Part shown: one piece after another, positions 24,001 to 36,300 of the stretch
Numbering within the stretch: position 1 is the first letter of the stretch
How the letters are laid out: the number at the start of each line of letters is the position of its first letter
Assembly (NCBI GenBank): GCA_024704765.1
Contig: JAKMXF010000111.1
Location: 1,561,627-1,625,626 of the forward strand
Source of the DNA: Oopsacas minuta
Taxonomy: Eukaryota; Animalia; Porifera
Length of the DNA stretch: 64,000 nucleotides
Direction: 5' to 3'
Notes under the pieces: model-generated
Told to the model about the DNA's origin: nothing
The model's database searches: none
What the model saw: only the letters and a program-made list of their open reading frames with translations
Made by a program: the position numbers and the translations under genes

Positions 24001-27000
24001 GGTAGAAAACCTTTGGAATATTCAGAAGCAAGAACTTTCCTATTGTGAGCAGAAAATAGAGCTAGAAGACAAGAGAACGACAACTTCCAAGGGATTGCCT
24101 CTGAGTACTCAATCTCGAACTCTACGTCTCTTACTACAACAGAGAACACAGTTGTTAACAGCCATCAAACTGATTCCTAATCTCACTAAGCTGCTCGGGA
24201 TTAGATTGTATCTTGCGCTGAGAGATTACGTAATTGAATCAGCTGATTCTTATCTGAATTATCTAAACATCGGATCCAAAGAGGAAGATGTCACACCAGC
24301 CATCTCTTTAGAAATCGGAGTCTTCAGCGAGGGAGAGAGTCTGGTGCTGGAATGTCACACTAAATGGAGTGATACATACGACATATTATTATCACCTTTT
24401 AATGAGCAATATATTGGCTTAGATAATCTGGACATGCCACTCCTCAGTAGTACGACTGAAGGAGAACTTAATAAAGTTTTGAAGAAGGAAGAGGAGAGTA
24501 GTCAGCCCCGGACAACCAAACTTTCATTTGTAAGGCAAGTTGTAGCTCATTATTTGGTAACAGATAGCGATACCAGATCTCCAAAAGAGGAGGATAGAGA
24601 GCAAAGTCGTAAGTTTATGCGATATGAAGGTTTCATGTTGAAGAAGACAAGACAACATAAGTAAGTATTACTACCGTGTAAGTGGAAAATTTCGCGAAAT
24701 ATTTTAGCGGTTTCTTTTACACGAATTCTTCGACCCACAGTTGGATACCCTGGGATGTCGTTCCTAGACCCACAAGAATTATTTACACGAATATTTTCCA
24801 GCTCTAAATACTTAAATTCATATTAATAACTAAATGTCTATGTATATTCTGTTTGTCAGACAGAGAGAAAAGTTGCAGGAAGCTACGAAGCAACACGAAT
24901 GGCGATTGTTGGAAGTTCTCAGAGATGCTAACAATGAAATTGTTGCTAGATTGGATTTCCTCAAATGGATCGAAGAGATGGTTATGTTCTTACAAATTTG
25001 GGGTAGCCCATCACAGAGTTTTGAGAGAATGTTATACACTGAACTTCTAGAAAAGTTGGATAAACTCCAAATTTGGACAGATCGGATGGAAAATGTCCCA
25101 GATGTTTGGACAACTGACAACAGGCTATTTCAAGTAATCCCTCTCCGTTTAATATCATTAATACTTGATACCGCTGCAATATAACCCCACTATCATGATC
25201 ATTTATACAGTAAACTCTTGTTATAACGAAGTGATTATTTGCCCCCTAGAGCTTGATAGTAATCGATTTTCACCACTTACAACGATATACAGCTGATAAC
25301 GAATTGAAACCGAGGCCTCGAGCACTTCGTTATAACCGAGGGTTTACTGTAGCTATGCGTACTGTGAAATTCATAATTAACGGACCTTTTGACTTCAAAA
25401 TTCATACGCTACTTCATATCACCTAGATATTTAGAGCATCTCCTTATGGCCTATATGATCTGCAATAAACTTTATTCTAAAATCAATGTACAATTAACTC
25501 AACGCACTTTTCTGCTCATAAAGTATCAATATGTCAATTACACATCGGTACGTTTCGGGATGTTCGTTATTGTAATTAGGATGAAGTACGGACTTCACAT
25601 ATCATTCAGCTAATCGAGAATCTAACTATCGCTAATTGCAATAAATTCTATTAAAATTTTAACTTACATTTCTAATATACTATTTGTTTATTTGTAGTTG
25701 GATTTAAGTGAATTAAAGTCTGGACTCAACAATAGATTGGCCTTAGCAGCGACGAAATTTTTTGAGGTCTGTTTCAACCAATACAGAGTTTGTTACAATG
25801 AATTCATGGGCATAATCCAGGACACAATCCTCACAATCAGTAATAGTACTATCGCAAAAGATAATTTCACTCAACATACAATAGAGTTTGATAAGTTGAA
25901 AGAAGGTAAGAACATTGTTCAGAGACTGAAGAAAGAATTGGATGAAATGTATGAGTTACTTCAGCAGTCACCTGTTGCTCATGTGGACGATTTGGAAGAG
26001 AAACACGCAGTAATAATGCCGAAATGGTATAGGTATATATCTTATCTACAATCCATATCTAGTTATATAACAGGACAAAAGGGGGAAGTTATTCAGGAAC
26101 TGACAATAGAATTCTCAGAGCTAGGACAGAGGGCTCTGGAGCTAGTGGAAGCAGCTAATCGAGAAGAACTAACTCTATGGACAGAACAACCGCAGATGAA
26201 GAGAGATATCATTCACCAAATTGAAAATGCGTTTATGAGTGAGTTACACATATTTATTATTAGTGATGTAAACCAGATTGGTACTTGACAACATCTGATA
26301 AGAGCATACATTCTTCATATCAATAGCAGTCTCATATATTATTAATATAGAGTGCAATCTAGCGGCGAGTGGGCGTTGTCCCTCTACAAGTAGCCTGGCT
26401 AGTGGCTACTAGGGCATTAGTTTATATTGTAATTGATTGATATGGAGTAATTGATCAGTATGTACATGTTTTGCTATAGATATATTACAAAATCTTCCTA
26501 GTATCAACTTGTAATGTTCCAATTATCCCCTCGCTTTCCAAAACTTGAAAATCACTGAAAGTGTTGGTTTGCCATTAGGTGAAGCTAATTTCTTGATTTA
26601 ATCATCCTGATATACAGTATAAACAAAGGTCTAAGTAGTATATACACTTTATGCATTTATACAAACAATAACCAAACCTAAATTCTGGTGTATATATGCG
26701 TATAAGATAAACAATTTAGTAATATTGAAATACAAATCCTAATCAACACGTATAATTAATTACATTTTTACAATAACTAAGATATAGCTCAGCTATACTA
26801 TAGTATAGTTTTTGTGTATTAACTTTTCTATCTACGAGGAAAGGTGATTTTCGGATTAATGAAAGTCACTTTTCGAATGAGGGTATGGGTTTTGTATTGC
26901 AAAAAACCTGTACTATACAATAGCTCAGCTATATGTAAGGAATCTCAATTTTTATTGTAGGAGTGAAAGAGAGTATGCTTAATTGTCAGGAACAATTGCT

Positions 27001-27273
27001 ACTCCTAGTTTCAGAGGAAGAAGCAGATTCTCTGAGAGATCAACTTAGACAAATAATAATTTCTCAAAATATTATAACAGTTAGGAAGAATTTGTGGGAT
27101 TCTGTGACTGTTGGTGTAAAGACGATTTCTGATTGGATGAAAATGCCATTTTCAGAGGTAAATTTTCTTTAAAATTGCTAAATGTAGTTTAAAATGTTTA
27201 TCTGACTGTTTCTTGGTTATGGATATTTAGTTAAAGATAGCTGTGATTATCTCTTTCATGCAAAAATGGCGGC

Positions 27274-27314
<41 letters not shown>

Positions 27315-30300
27315 CTAGAGAGAGAAGAAGTACAGGGATTATATAAAGAAGAGGTTTGTATTAATATTTAATTATACTAATATTCACATATTATATTATC
27401 AGTATAGCCCTCTCTCCCGTATTATCAACATCCATTATATGCTATTAAATCATAATATACCAATAATAATAATAATGTACAAGACTTGCTATGGAAATAT
27501 AGAATATGCTACTATTACTCTTTATTAGGGAGCTAGTAATTGGCGATGTATAGCGTTTCTTTTCAAGGTTTGCACTGCGATTAATGATTTATCAATAATT
27601 ATCACAAGGATCACGAGCTTTACGATTTCATGATCTCCTTAATTAAATGAAACATTATTGTGTGCCTTGTGACAAATTCAGACATGGAGAATGCGTAATT
27701 AGATGGATATAGAGTGCAACCTGTATAATCCGACACCTGCATAAACCGACACCTGTATAATCCAACAACCGACCAAATTTTCATGTACCAACGAGTGTCG
27801 GTTTATGCAGGTTCTACTGTATTTCTATGAATAGAAATATCACCTTTTGAATTAAACAATTATTTTACTTATAAATAAGAAACATACTCGACAATGTACT
27901 TATAATATTATTACAGAAATTATTTGTATTGCGATAGACTAAATATCATAGACACAATTGTTGAACATAATCGAGACAATCTAATCGTCACTAAACACAA
28001 GAAACATTAATATATCATAAGTTCTACTTAATATCCTTAGATGTCTTGTCAAATAACTTAATTATAACCTCTCCCAATATCCTCTCCAACTGTTTGGCCT
28101 CCTCTAGATTCTCGAACAGCTCCTCCATTACCTGATAGTAGTTGAACAGGTTTTCTCTCGACCACAACACATTATCTGGATCCATCCCAAGAGTCTTGGC
28201 ATACTCGTGCACAGCTGCTTGCCAGCCTTGACACTCCTGATGTATATCAGTCAGACTGCTAGATGAATAACCGGGGATCCGGGATGGAGAGCTCTCTGAG
28301 ACGGTACTTTCCTTGTGCTGATGGTTAGGAGAGCTGTCCTCAAAAGTAGAACTAGATTCGGAATCTGTGTCACACAGCTGGTTATTCCACGCGGAAAGAA
28401 TCCGCTTGTTGGTCTGTTGTTGTGCTTCTTTGTTGTTTTCGTTGGTTAGCTGAGCACTAATAACTTCAAAATTCTCAACAATAATGCCAACAATAATATT
28501 TTTGAAAATGAAAGCTCCTAGCCATATCCATAGAATAACGTAAATCATCAATACTACTCGCATGTTTGGATCGATAACACTTGCTGCTGCACGGTACACA
28601 CGGTACCACTGGTCTAATGTGAATAACTGGAACAGAGTTAGTATTGCATCATGAAGAGTGCTAAAGCTGCGGTAGTAAGCCGCGAAGTATTCAGTTTCTT
28701 CTACCTGGCTGGTCGGTTGGAATAAACTCACAGCCACAATAGCAAATATGTATGCTACTGCGAAAAGTAACACCATTATAAAGGCCATACTCTGAAATGC
28801 TTCCAAAAGGGTGAGCACAATGATCTTGAGTCCCGATACACGTGATATTAGTTTGAGAGACCTTATGATCCTAAGGGCACGCAGGTATTTTGTGACTTCG
28901 AAGAGAACACTGCCTGGCACGGATGGGATCAGGGAGAGAACAGCTGGAATTGTGGTTAAAGAAATAATTACCAAATCGAATAAATTCCACCAGCAATACC
29001 AAAACCTTTGAAAGTTGTTCAACCACTTAAGCACTATCTCAGAGGAGAGAATCACTATTATCACCAGATCCATCAGATCAAGTGAAGTTCGAACAGCGTG
29101 GTGCCAAGTGCCAGCCTGGAACCCCTCTAGTTCTCCCGACGCGGCTAGAGTGATACAGTTCAGAATCAGTAGGCTAGGGCCCAGTTTGTGGAAATAGGGA
29201 TTAGAGAGGATGCTATGCGTGAAGTGGTTAATTTTATCTGTTTTCCTGTTTCCCAAATGAGCAGATTTCTTCTCTTTATCCTGATTACCGTCTCCTGGGT
29301 CCTTTACGTATGTCTTGAACTTAATCAGTTGAGAGGTGTTCTGCACTATTTTGTTGAATATATTTTTATCCAGAATATCTGACGTGTTATAGATTGGAGG
29401 GTTAACTACTCCCTGATCTGAAATCCCCTCCAGCATCTGAAACTCCTCTATTATGCTAGACCGGAAGAATCCTGTGTGTCTAGATAGATGGGCGTATTTG
29501 CCATTTTTTTCTTTTTCAGAGAATTCTGGTTCCATTAATTTGAACACTTTTTTAGAATTAAGTTTGAAACTGCGGAAACATTTCTTTTAATAACAAAATG
29601 AATTCCTTCTGTTTATTCTGTACATAGAAATTGCTGATTAGTTTTGGCATACTTACTTCTTCTCGAACCATGCTAGGTCGATTCAATATTAATATTTTTG
29701 AGGTGTTGTTTGTTGTTGCTCTTGTTGTTAGTTTATCTTTGTTTTCTTGCCATATATACGAAATATTTAAAGGGTTAAGACGATTATTAATTTTATTATA
29801 TAATTATATCCATAATAATGCTAAATAGAATCACATGTTAATACCATACAGTAGAACCTCGTTTGTGCGAATTTCATGTTACTTAGTACGAATACAATTT
29901 TTTACTACAAACGACTGGTTAATAAGAATTATAAGGCGATATTATTTGACGACCCATAGAACGAAACTCCACTGAACTCGTTAATACTTATACCTTCATA
30001 CTGTCGTAATTCATACTCCTTATTATAGTGTATAGGTATTTACAACAAATAAATATTATTGAATCTCTAGTGTTTTCAGTCTTCTGTCTTTGGGTCTGAC
30101 TGAATTGTGGAAAATTGTGGAATTTCTGAATTTTCGTAGAAATGACTGAATGGTGAGACATTATGGATTTAATCCGCGGCACCAAAACATGTACAGATAT
30201 ATAACTTCACATGTAAAATCATAAAAATCTGTCTCATAAGGATCAGTACGTTGGATTATGTTTCATTTCCCCCCCACCACAACAACGTAAATTGGTATTC

Positions 30301-33300
30301 ACCCCAATGTCTCTCATAGCTGCCATTGAATTGATACCATACTGAATTATAGTAGATAAAAGCAAGGGTCGCACATATATATCATGTCAATAGACTTCAT
30401 ATTAAGAGTATTGGAAAACTTTTAGAGGGGATGGTCATAATACGCGGCCCTCACTTATATCTGCTATAATATCGTATGCTTATCAATTCAATGACTGACA
30501 TGAGAGACATTGGGGAGGTTACCTATTTACATTGTTGGGGTGGTGGGAGGCAAAATGAAACACAATCCGACAAACTGATCCTTCATGATTTTTCCACCAC
30601 TTTCCACCATTTCCACTATTCAGTCATTTCTACGAAATACCACCTTATTTTTGTAAAGGAAAGGATTTATGATATGTCATCCGAGAACTCATCGAACTAT
30701 ATATTTGTCATGTTTTTTCGAGGAAGTAAATAGATTTCAATAGAACTTCACTCTATGTATGTGTTATACGTATATACGAATATATGCAGTAGCACTCGGT
30801 TAAGACGTACTCGCTTGGGAACAGTAAAAAGTTACGTATTAACCAAAGTTGTTAATATCAGTCGATTCTACGTTCATAGTAGTATACGAATATTGTCCCC
30901 GAAATAAATACAGTGGGTACCGTTTATTATCATAAAAAGTTCAAATCCAAACCATTTTCGTTACTTCTTGTACTAAAAAACTCGGTTATTGTCATATCCC
31001 GGATATTGTCATAAAATGTGGTCAGATTTGGTATCCTTTCCGGATACTTTCATATAATTGAGCGTGAATTAGATAGGAAAAAATTCGATTATTAGAAACA
31101 GTACGTCTTATCCGAGTTCTACTAACTGTATATATAGCATAACCTGACTCTGACTTTCACATTTTGGAATTAATTAATCCATGGCCTACCAAAATACGGC
31201 TATACATGCTGCTGAATCATAGTAAATAAGAGTCCAGTTTTATAATTCTCATAAAAGAAAATTAGACCTCCATTGTTTGCGAATTGAACCTTTTAGGGTA
31301 AATACATTCAAGGAATCAATTTAAGACTACATAAAAGTCCAAACAGCCATCCTTCATCAAGTTTAGGCGCCATAATGCAATGGCGTCATATGTATACATC
31401 TTGAGTATTTTTCTACTTTTATACCAAAAAAATTAAATAATTTCCAGATTGATATTGGTTGATTGAATTTGTCGTTTACTTCACAATCAAGATAAATACA
31501 AGATCGAAGATAGCTTATTGGAAGAAAGATTACACAATTTATGCCTATGACATGAAATAATAAATTATCAAAAATCTATTTATAAGTTAAACAAAAAACA
31601 TGAAAATGAGGGAAGAAATGAATTTTAAAGCAAATGTGCGGAATATTTATGCAGTATGGATGAATAGAAGACATTATTCCAAGGAAATATTAGTAATTTT
31701 ATTAGTTATTTTTACAATATGATGCCATATTTGAATTGAGCCTAAACTTAATGAAGGATGGCCGTTTGAACTTTTTAAGTAGTCGTAATTAATTCTTTTT
31801 TGACAATGATTCGGCAGCATGCATAGTCGTATTTTAGTAGCCCATGATTAACCATGTGACATTTTTTGTTGCCTTTATTAATATATTGTGAACAAATTAT
31901 TGAAATTTGAAATTACATGTATACACTTGCTCTCAACCTATATCTAGGGGTAAACAAGTACGCTTATCCGAATATCGCTTGTTAAAGTCCATATTCTAAG
32001 TTATGCTCAACTGCAGGGTTTCCGTGGGAATGAAATTTTGATTCTTTCGCATAGGATTCCCATACGATATCCCAAGGGATTCCCACAGGATTCGCGTAAA
32101 ATACTATTTTACTGGCGCTCAAACTGGAGGATAGCACCCGCAAATAGGGCACGACACTTCTGCATACAGGACTGGGTCAGCAGTGGTGTTTAATCAAGTT
32201 GGAGCGATGCACTACCATTGAGGGGCGGTTGCACCCTGTAGGATTTCCCACAGTATTCGCATAGGATTTCCAATAGGACAAATACTTTTCCATTTCCATG
32301 GAATTCCACGGCAATCCTGTTTAACTGTGTTCATGCAAACGAGGTATTCTAATTTGATCCTTCCACTGATTTAATCTATCAGAGAATTACTGACTCTTTT
32401 ATTTTACTCTTATCTTTATAGTACATCAGATAAGCTCCAAAATAACCACTCTGTGCAAATCGTGATACTAGCATGAAATTTAGTTGAGAGTTACTTTAGG
32501 ACATTTGAATAGATATAAAAACAGAAGTCACGCTGGTTCCCATCCCTAAGTCATAATTCTGACAATGTCCCCAGGGGATATTTCAAAATGCATAACTTTC
32601 TCAAATGAAGTCTAGACAGAGGGACATTATAGTGTCAGAATTATGATTTATGGATGGGATCCAGCGTGGTTTCTGTTTTTATATCTATTCAAATGTCTTA
32701 AGTCTCTACCAAATTTCTTGTTAGTATCACGATTTGCACATACTGTGAGTTCGCTTATTATCAACTCGTATTTTGCATGAATTTCAGTTGCTAATAGGGG
32801 AACAGAATCAATACAAAATCTACACTTGGGACCTAAAAATAAGTTGCTAATATGCGAACTCCACTGTACTTGGTGCTTAACCGCTGTACTATTTCAGGTA
32901 GTAACGAAGTGGAATGATATCCTCCAAAGATTCAACTCGTATCTACCCTCCCTAGAACTGTTGGTAGATCCTGGAATGAAAACTCATTTCTGGCAAGTTT
33001 TGTTTACAGGTGAGTGAATTCATAAACTTACAGTGATAACTGAAATAACAATAAAGATGTACGTAAATATATCACCTGTGTATTTATGTATACTAGCCGC
33101 TTCGCTTGCTTGCTTGATGACTCACTTTAGCTTAAGTATTAAACAGCTAAATTTCTAAGTGCATTTGGTCGCTACGCTACGGGGTATCCTCGGCACTTCG
33201 TTCCCCGAGTGTATAATATAACATAAAGATTTTGTTCTCCATGGACTCCATTCAAACAATATTTAACGACCTTCTGTGGTGACACTGGGGCTACTACGTG

Positions 33301-36300
33301 GCTTTTGGTTAATAGTCTGGGAACTTCGTGCCTCGAGTATTATAAACTTCTCAAAATTTGTAAAGTTGTGATGACGTAATAATCTACGATGAGCTAGAAT
33401 TTGGTCAAAGTGATGACGTCAGGAGATTTTTGGTTGGTGGGGCGGATTACGTCATACTATCGTCATAGGTGTGAATTTTCGTCTAAGACTCGAACTTGCC
33501 CGAGGCAGGCCAAAAATCAGCACTGGGGATCTTGCAGTTTCTTCAATCAATTTCGAACATACGAACTTATATATATATATATAGATTGATTAGTTGCGTT
33601 TTAATTAGTAAACGACCGAAATTTCGGTTTCGGTTGCGGCTTCACCGAAATTATACTAATATTGTAACAATTCTCAGACAGCAACCAAAGAAAACTTATC
33701 AAGAGTGATAAATAAATATTCAACGCATACAATCCAATAGTCTTTCAATTGGTAAACCATAGATTTTGGTAATTGAAAAATAGAATAATTACGATACAAC
33801 TGTGATAATTAAAATGATTGCATTTAGTGTCTAACAATTATTACCGAAATTCTGTTTCGGTAAAATACTAGTTTCGGTCGTTCACTAGTTTTAATAGTAT
33901 ATATATAGTCGACTCCGGTTAATCGGACCACTGGTTAATCGGGCAATTCGGTTAATCGGACCATTTTCTCCTGGACGGAATCTAACCAGAATTAATATTT
34001 AACGTTTTTCGGTTAATCGGACCATCATTTTTTTTGAAGTCAATATATTTATCAAAAATTTGATTAGGTTTGTATATAATTTAGATTATATTATTATTTT
34101 ATGGCCCAAAGAACTGATTTGACACTTGCACAAAAGATTAAATTACTTAGACAGAACTAAAATTGATGATTGTGCTGACAAAATTCACCTAAATGCTGAA
34201 AGATCACTTAAACAACAATCAATTACTTCTTTTTTCAATTAGCAATAGGATTACCATTGACTAGAAATATTTATCTAGCAATAAATTATTGATAATAAGA
34301 TTTTTCGGTTAATCGGACACTCCGGATAATCAGACCACTTTACTCTGGACAAAAGTGGTCCGATTAACCGGAGTCGACTGTATATATCATTAGTAGTGTT
34401 TTCACAACACTATGTATTTATTGGATGGTGAAAATGCTGTTGGCACTATTGGCTGTTAACTTCTATTTCTAAGCAATTAATAGTTTTAGCTTTGCACATT
34501 TTTGAGCTTTTAAACCAAATTCTGCAGTAACAGCGAGTATTCATCATCCCTAGTTACATATACCTAGAAAACAATGTTTTATTACAGGGGGTTGGCAGGT
34601 GTTGTCCATGTTGTAAAACTATAGTGGTAAAACCGGAAAACCGGAAAACTGTCCTGTCCTAAACGGCATAACAAATTTGTTTTATATAATTCAGTTTTAT
34701 ATATTTATGTTCATACTTCTCTAGCTCTTGGATGTGTCTTCCCAACAAGTGGAGTGATTCCTTCTATCAACCGTCTGATCTTCCTAGACATCCTAACTCA
34801 CAGAGAGCTAATCAAACATATCCACGCCTCTGCTATGGTGGAGGGAAGACTGGAGGATGTTCTCCGTCTTGTTATACTAAATTGGAAATCCAGAGAATAT
34901 AAACTAGTTAAGCATAAAGCTGCTCCTTTTCACGGAGCGGGAAATGGTTAGTCATCCTTATTATGAACAATTATGTGAAGTTGCCAGAGTAGGAAACCAA
35001 ACAAATTAAGCGAATTGATAGAGGAGATTTGGGAGTTTATATGGTTGTTTAGTAACTTTAAAGGACTTCAACTATGGAATTATCCAGGCCTGTGATGTGC
35101 GTCTACAGGCGGATGAATTTCTTGGTACATATATACTCGAAGGTATATATTTTGGCTTTGAGATTTGCACCTGGGTTTATGAACATTTCAAAAGTGAATT
35201 TTCCACTTTTGGTTGATTAATCATATTTCACACCCTTCTTTGTAATCTTCAAAATGATGTAAGAGTTTAGGTTTGACATCTTGTTAGGGGTAATTGCCTA
35301 ATTGGTTTGATACCATGAAATCTAAAGTATCAACTTTACCAGTTCAATAGCAGAACTATAATGTAATATACTTTATAGAACGAAAGGAGAGGGATAACCT
35401 AATGTATCTATCACAACAACAAGGCTTCATCAGTTATGTGCTCCAGGATCCTGAGGAGTTCCTATCTTCTATCAATGATGACTCCACTAGACTACATATG
35501 ATGGTGCTATCTAACTGTACTCAGAGCCTCAAGAAGAGAGCCCAGCTGTGGATAGATAAGCTCCAACAGCTGACTGAATTCATCACTATTTGGATGGACT
35601 GTCAGGCTAAGTGGATTTACATCAGCTCCGTATATGTGGAGTTTGCAGTACTCGGTACTCATACACAGGAAGTGGAAAGATTCAAACAACTCAATACTAA
35701 CTACCAATCTCTTGTGAATACTTTGTTCGAGAACAAGAAGATGCTGCATTTGATTGGAGTGAGAGTAGAAGCTAATCTCCAGCTTGTAGAGGATACAAAC
35801 TACCTTATAGGACGACTTATGACTCAGCAGAGAGAACTAAGCGAGATGATGAAGGTAATATAATAACTACTGCTAATCTTCACGTAATAATAAGCTAGAG
35901 GAATAATTCATTAATTAATATTTCTCATCACGTAGTATATGAAGAATATGGTTGAAGAAGCTAGAAAGATATTCTCTCGTGCATTCTACCTCTCTCAACA
36001 ACAGATCTTGTATCTGTACATCCACACGGGCAACCCTAAAGCGTTACTCCCCCAACTTAAGCTCTGCTTTCCTGGCGTCCATAACGTAGTCTGGGTTGCA
36101 GATAGCTCTGCTGACAAGCTCTCTAGTCTTGGAGACGTTAACCGTGAGTCAATATATTTATAATTCACTACATAGATGTATAGGCGTAGCTAGGCGAAGG
36201 CCTACCCAATGGTAATTATCATAGGGAGACCGGGCAACGACGACAGTTGGATTACCTAAATATGACTTCCTATACGATAACAATGCATTTTCAGTGTCTA

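Noticed and set aside
27900-28023. Retroposition hallmarks (poly-A tail, TSD) downstream of CATSPER2, and likewise of SEPT7 (38760-38985)
   Set aside because: No poly-A tract or flanking duplication is visible, so retro-origin remains an inference from intronlessness only.
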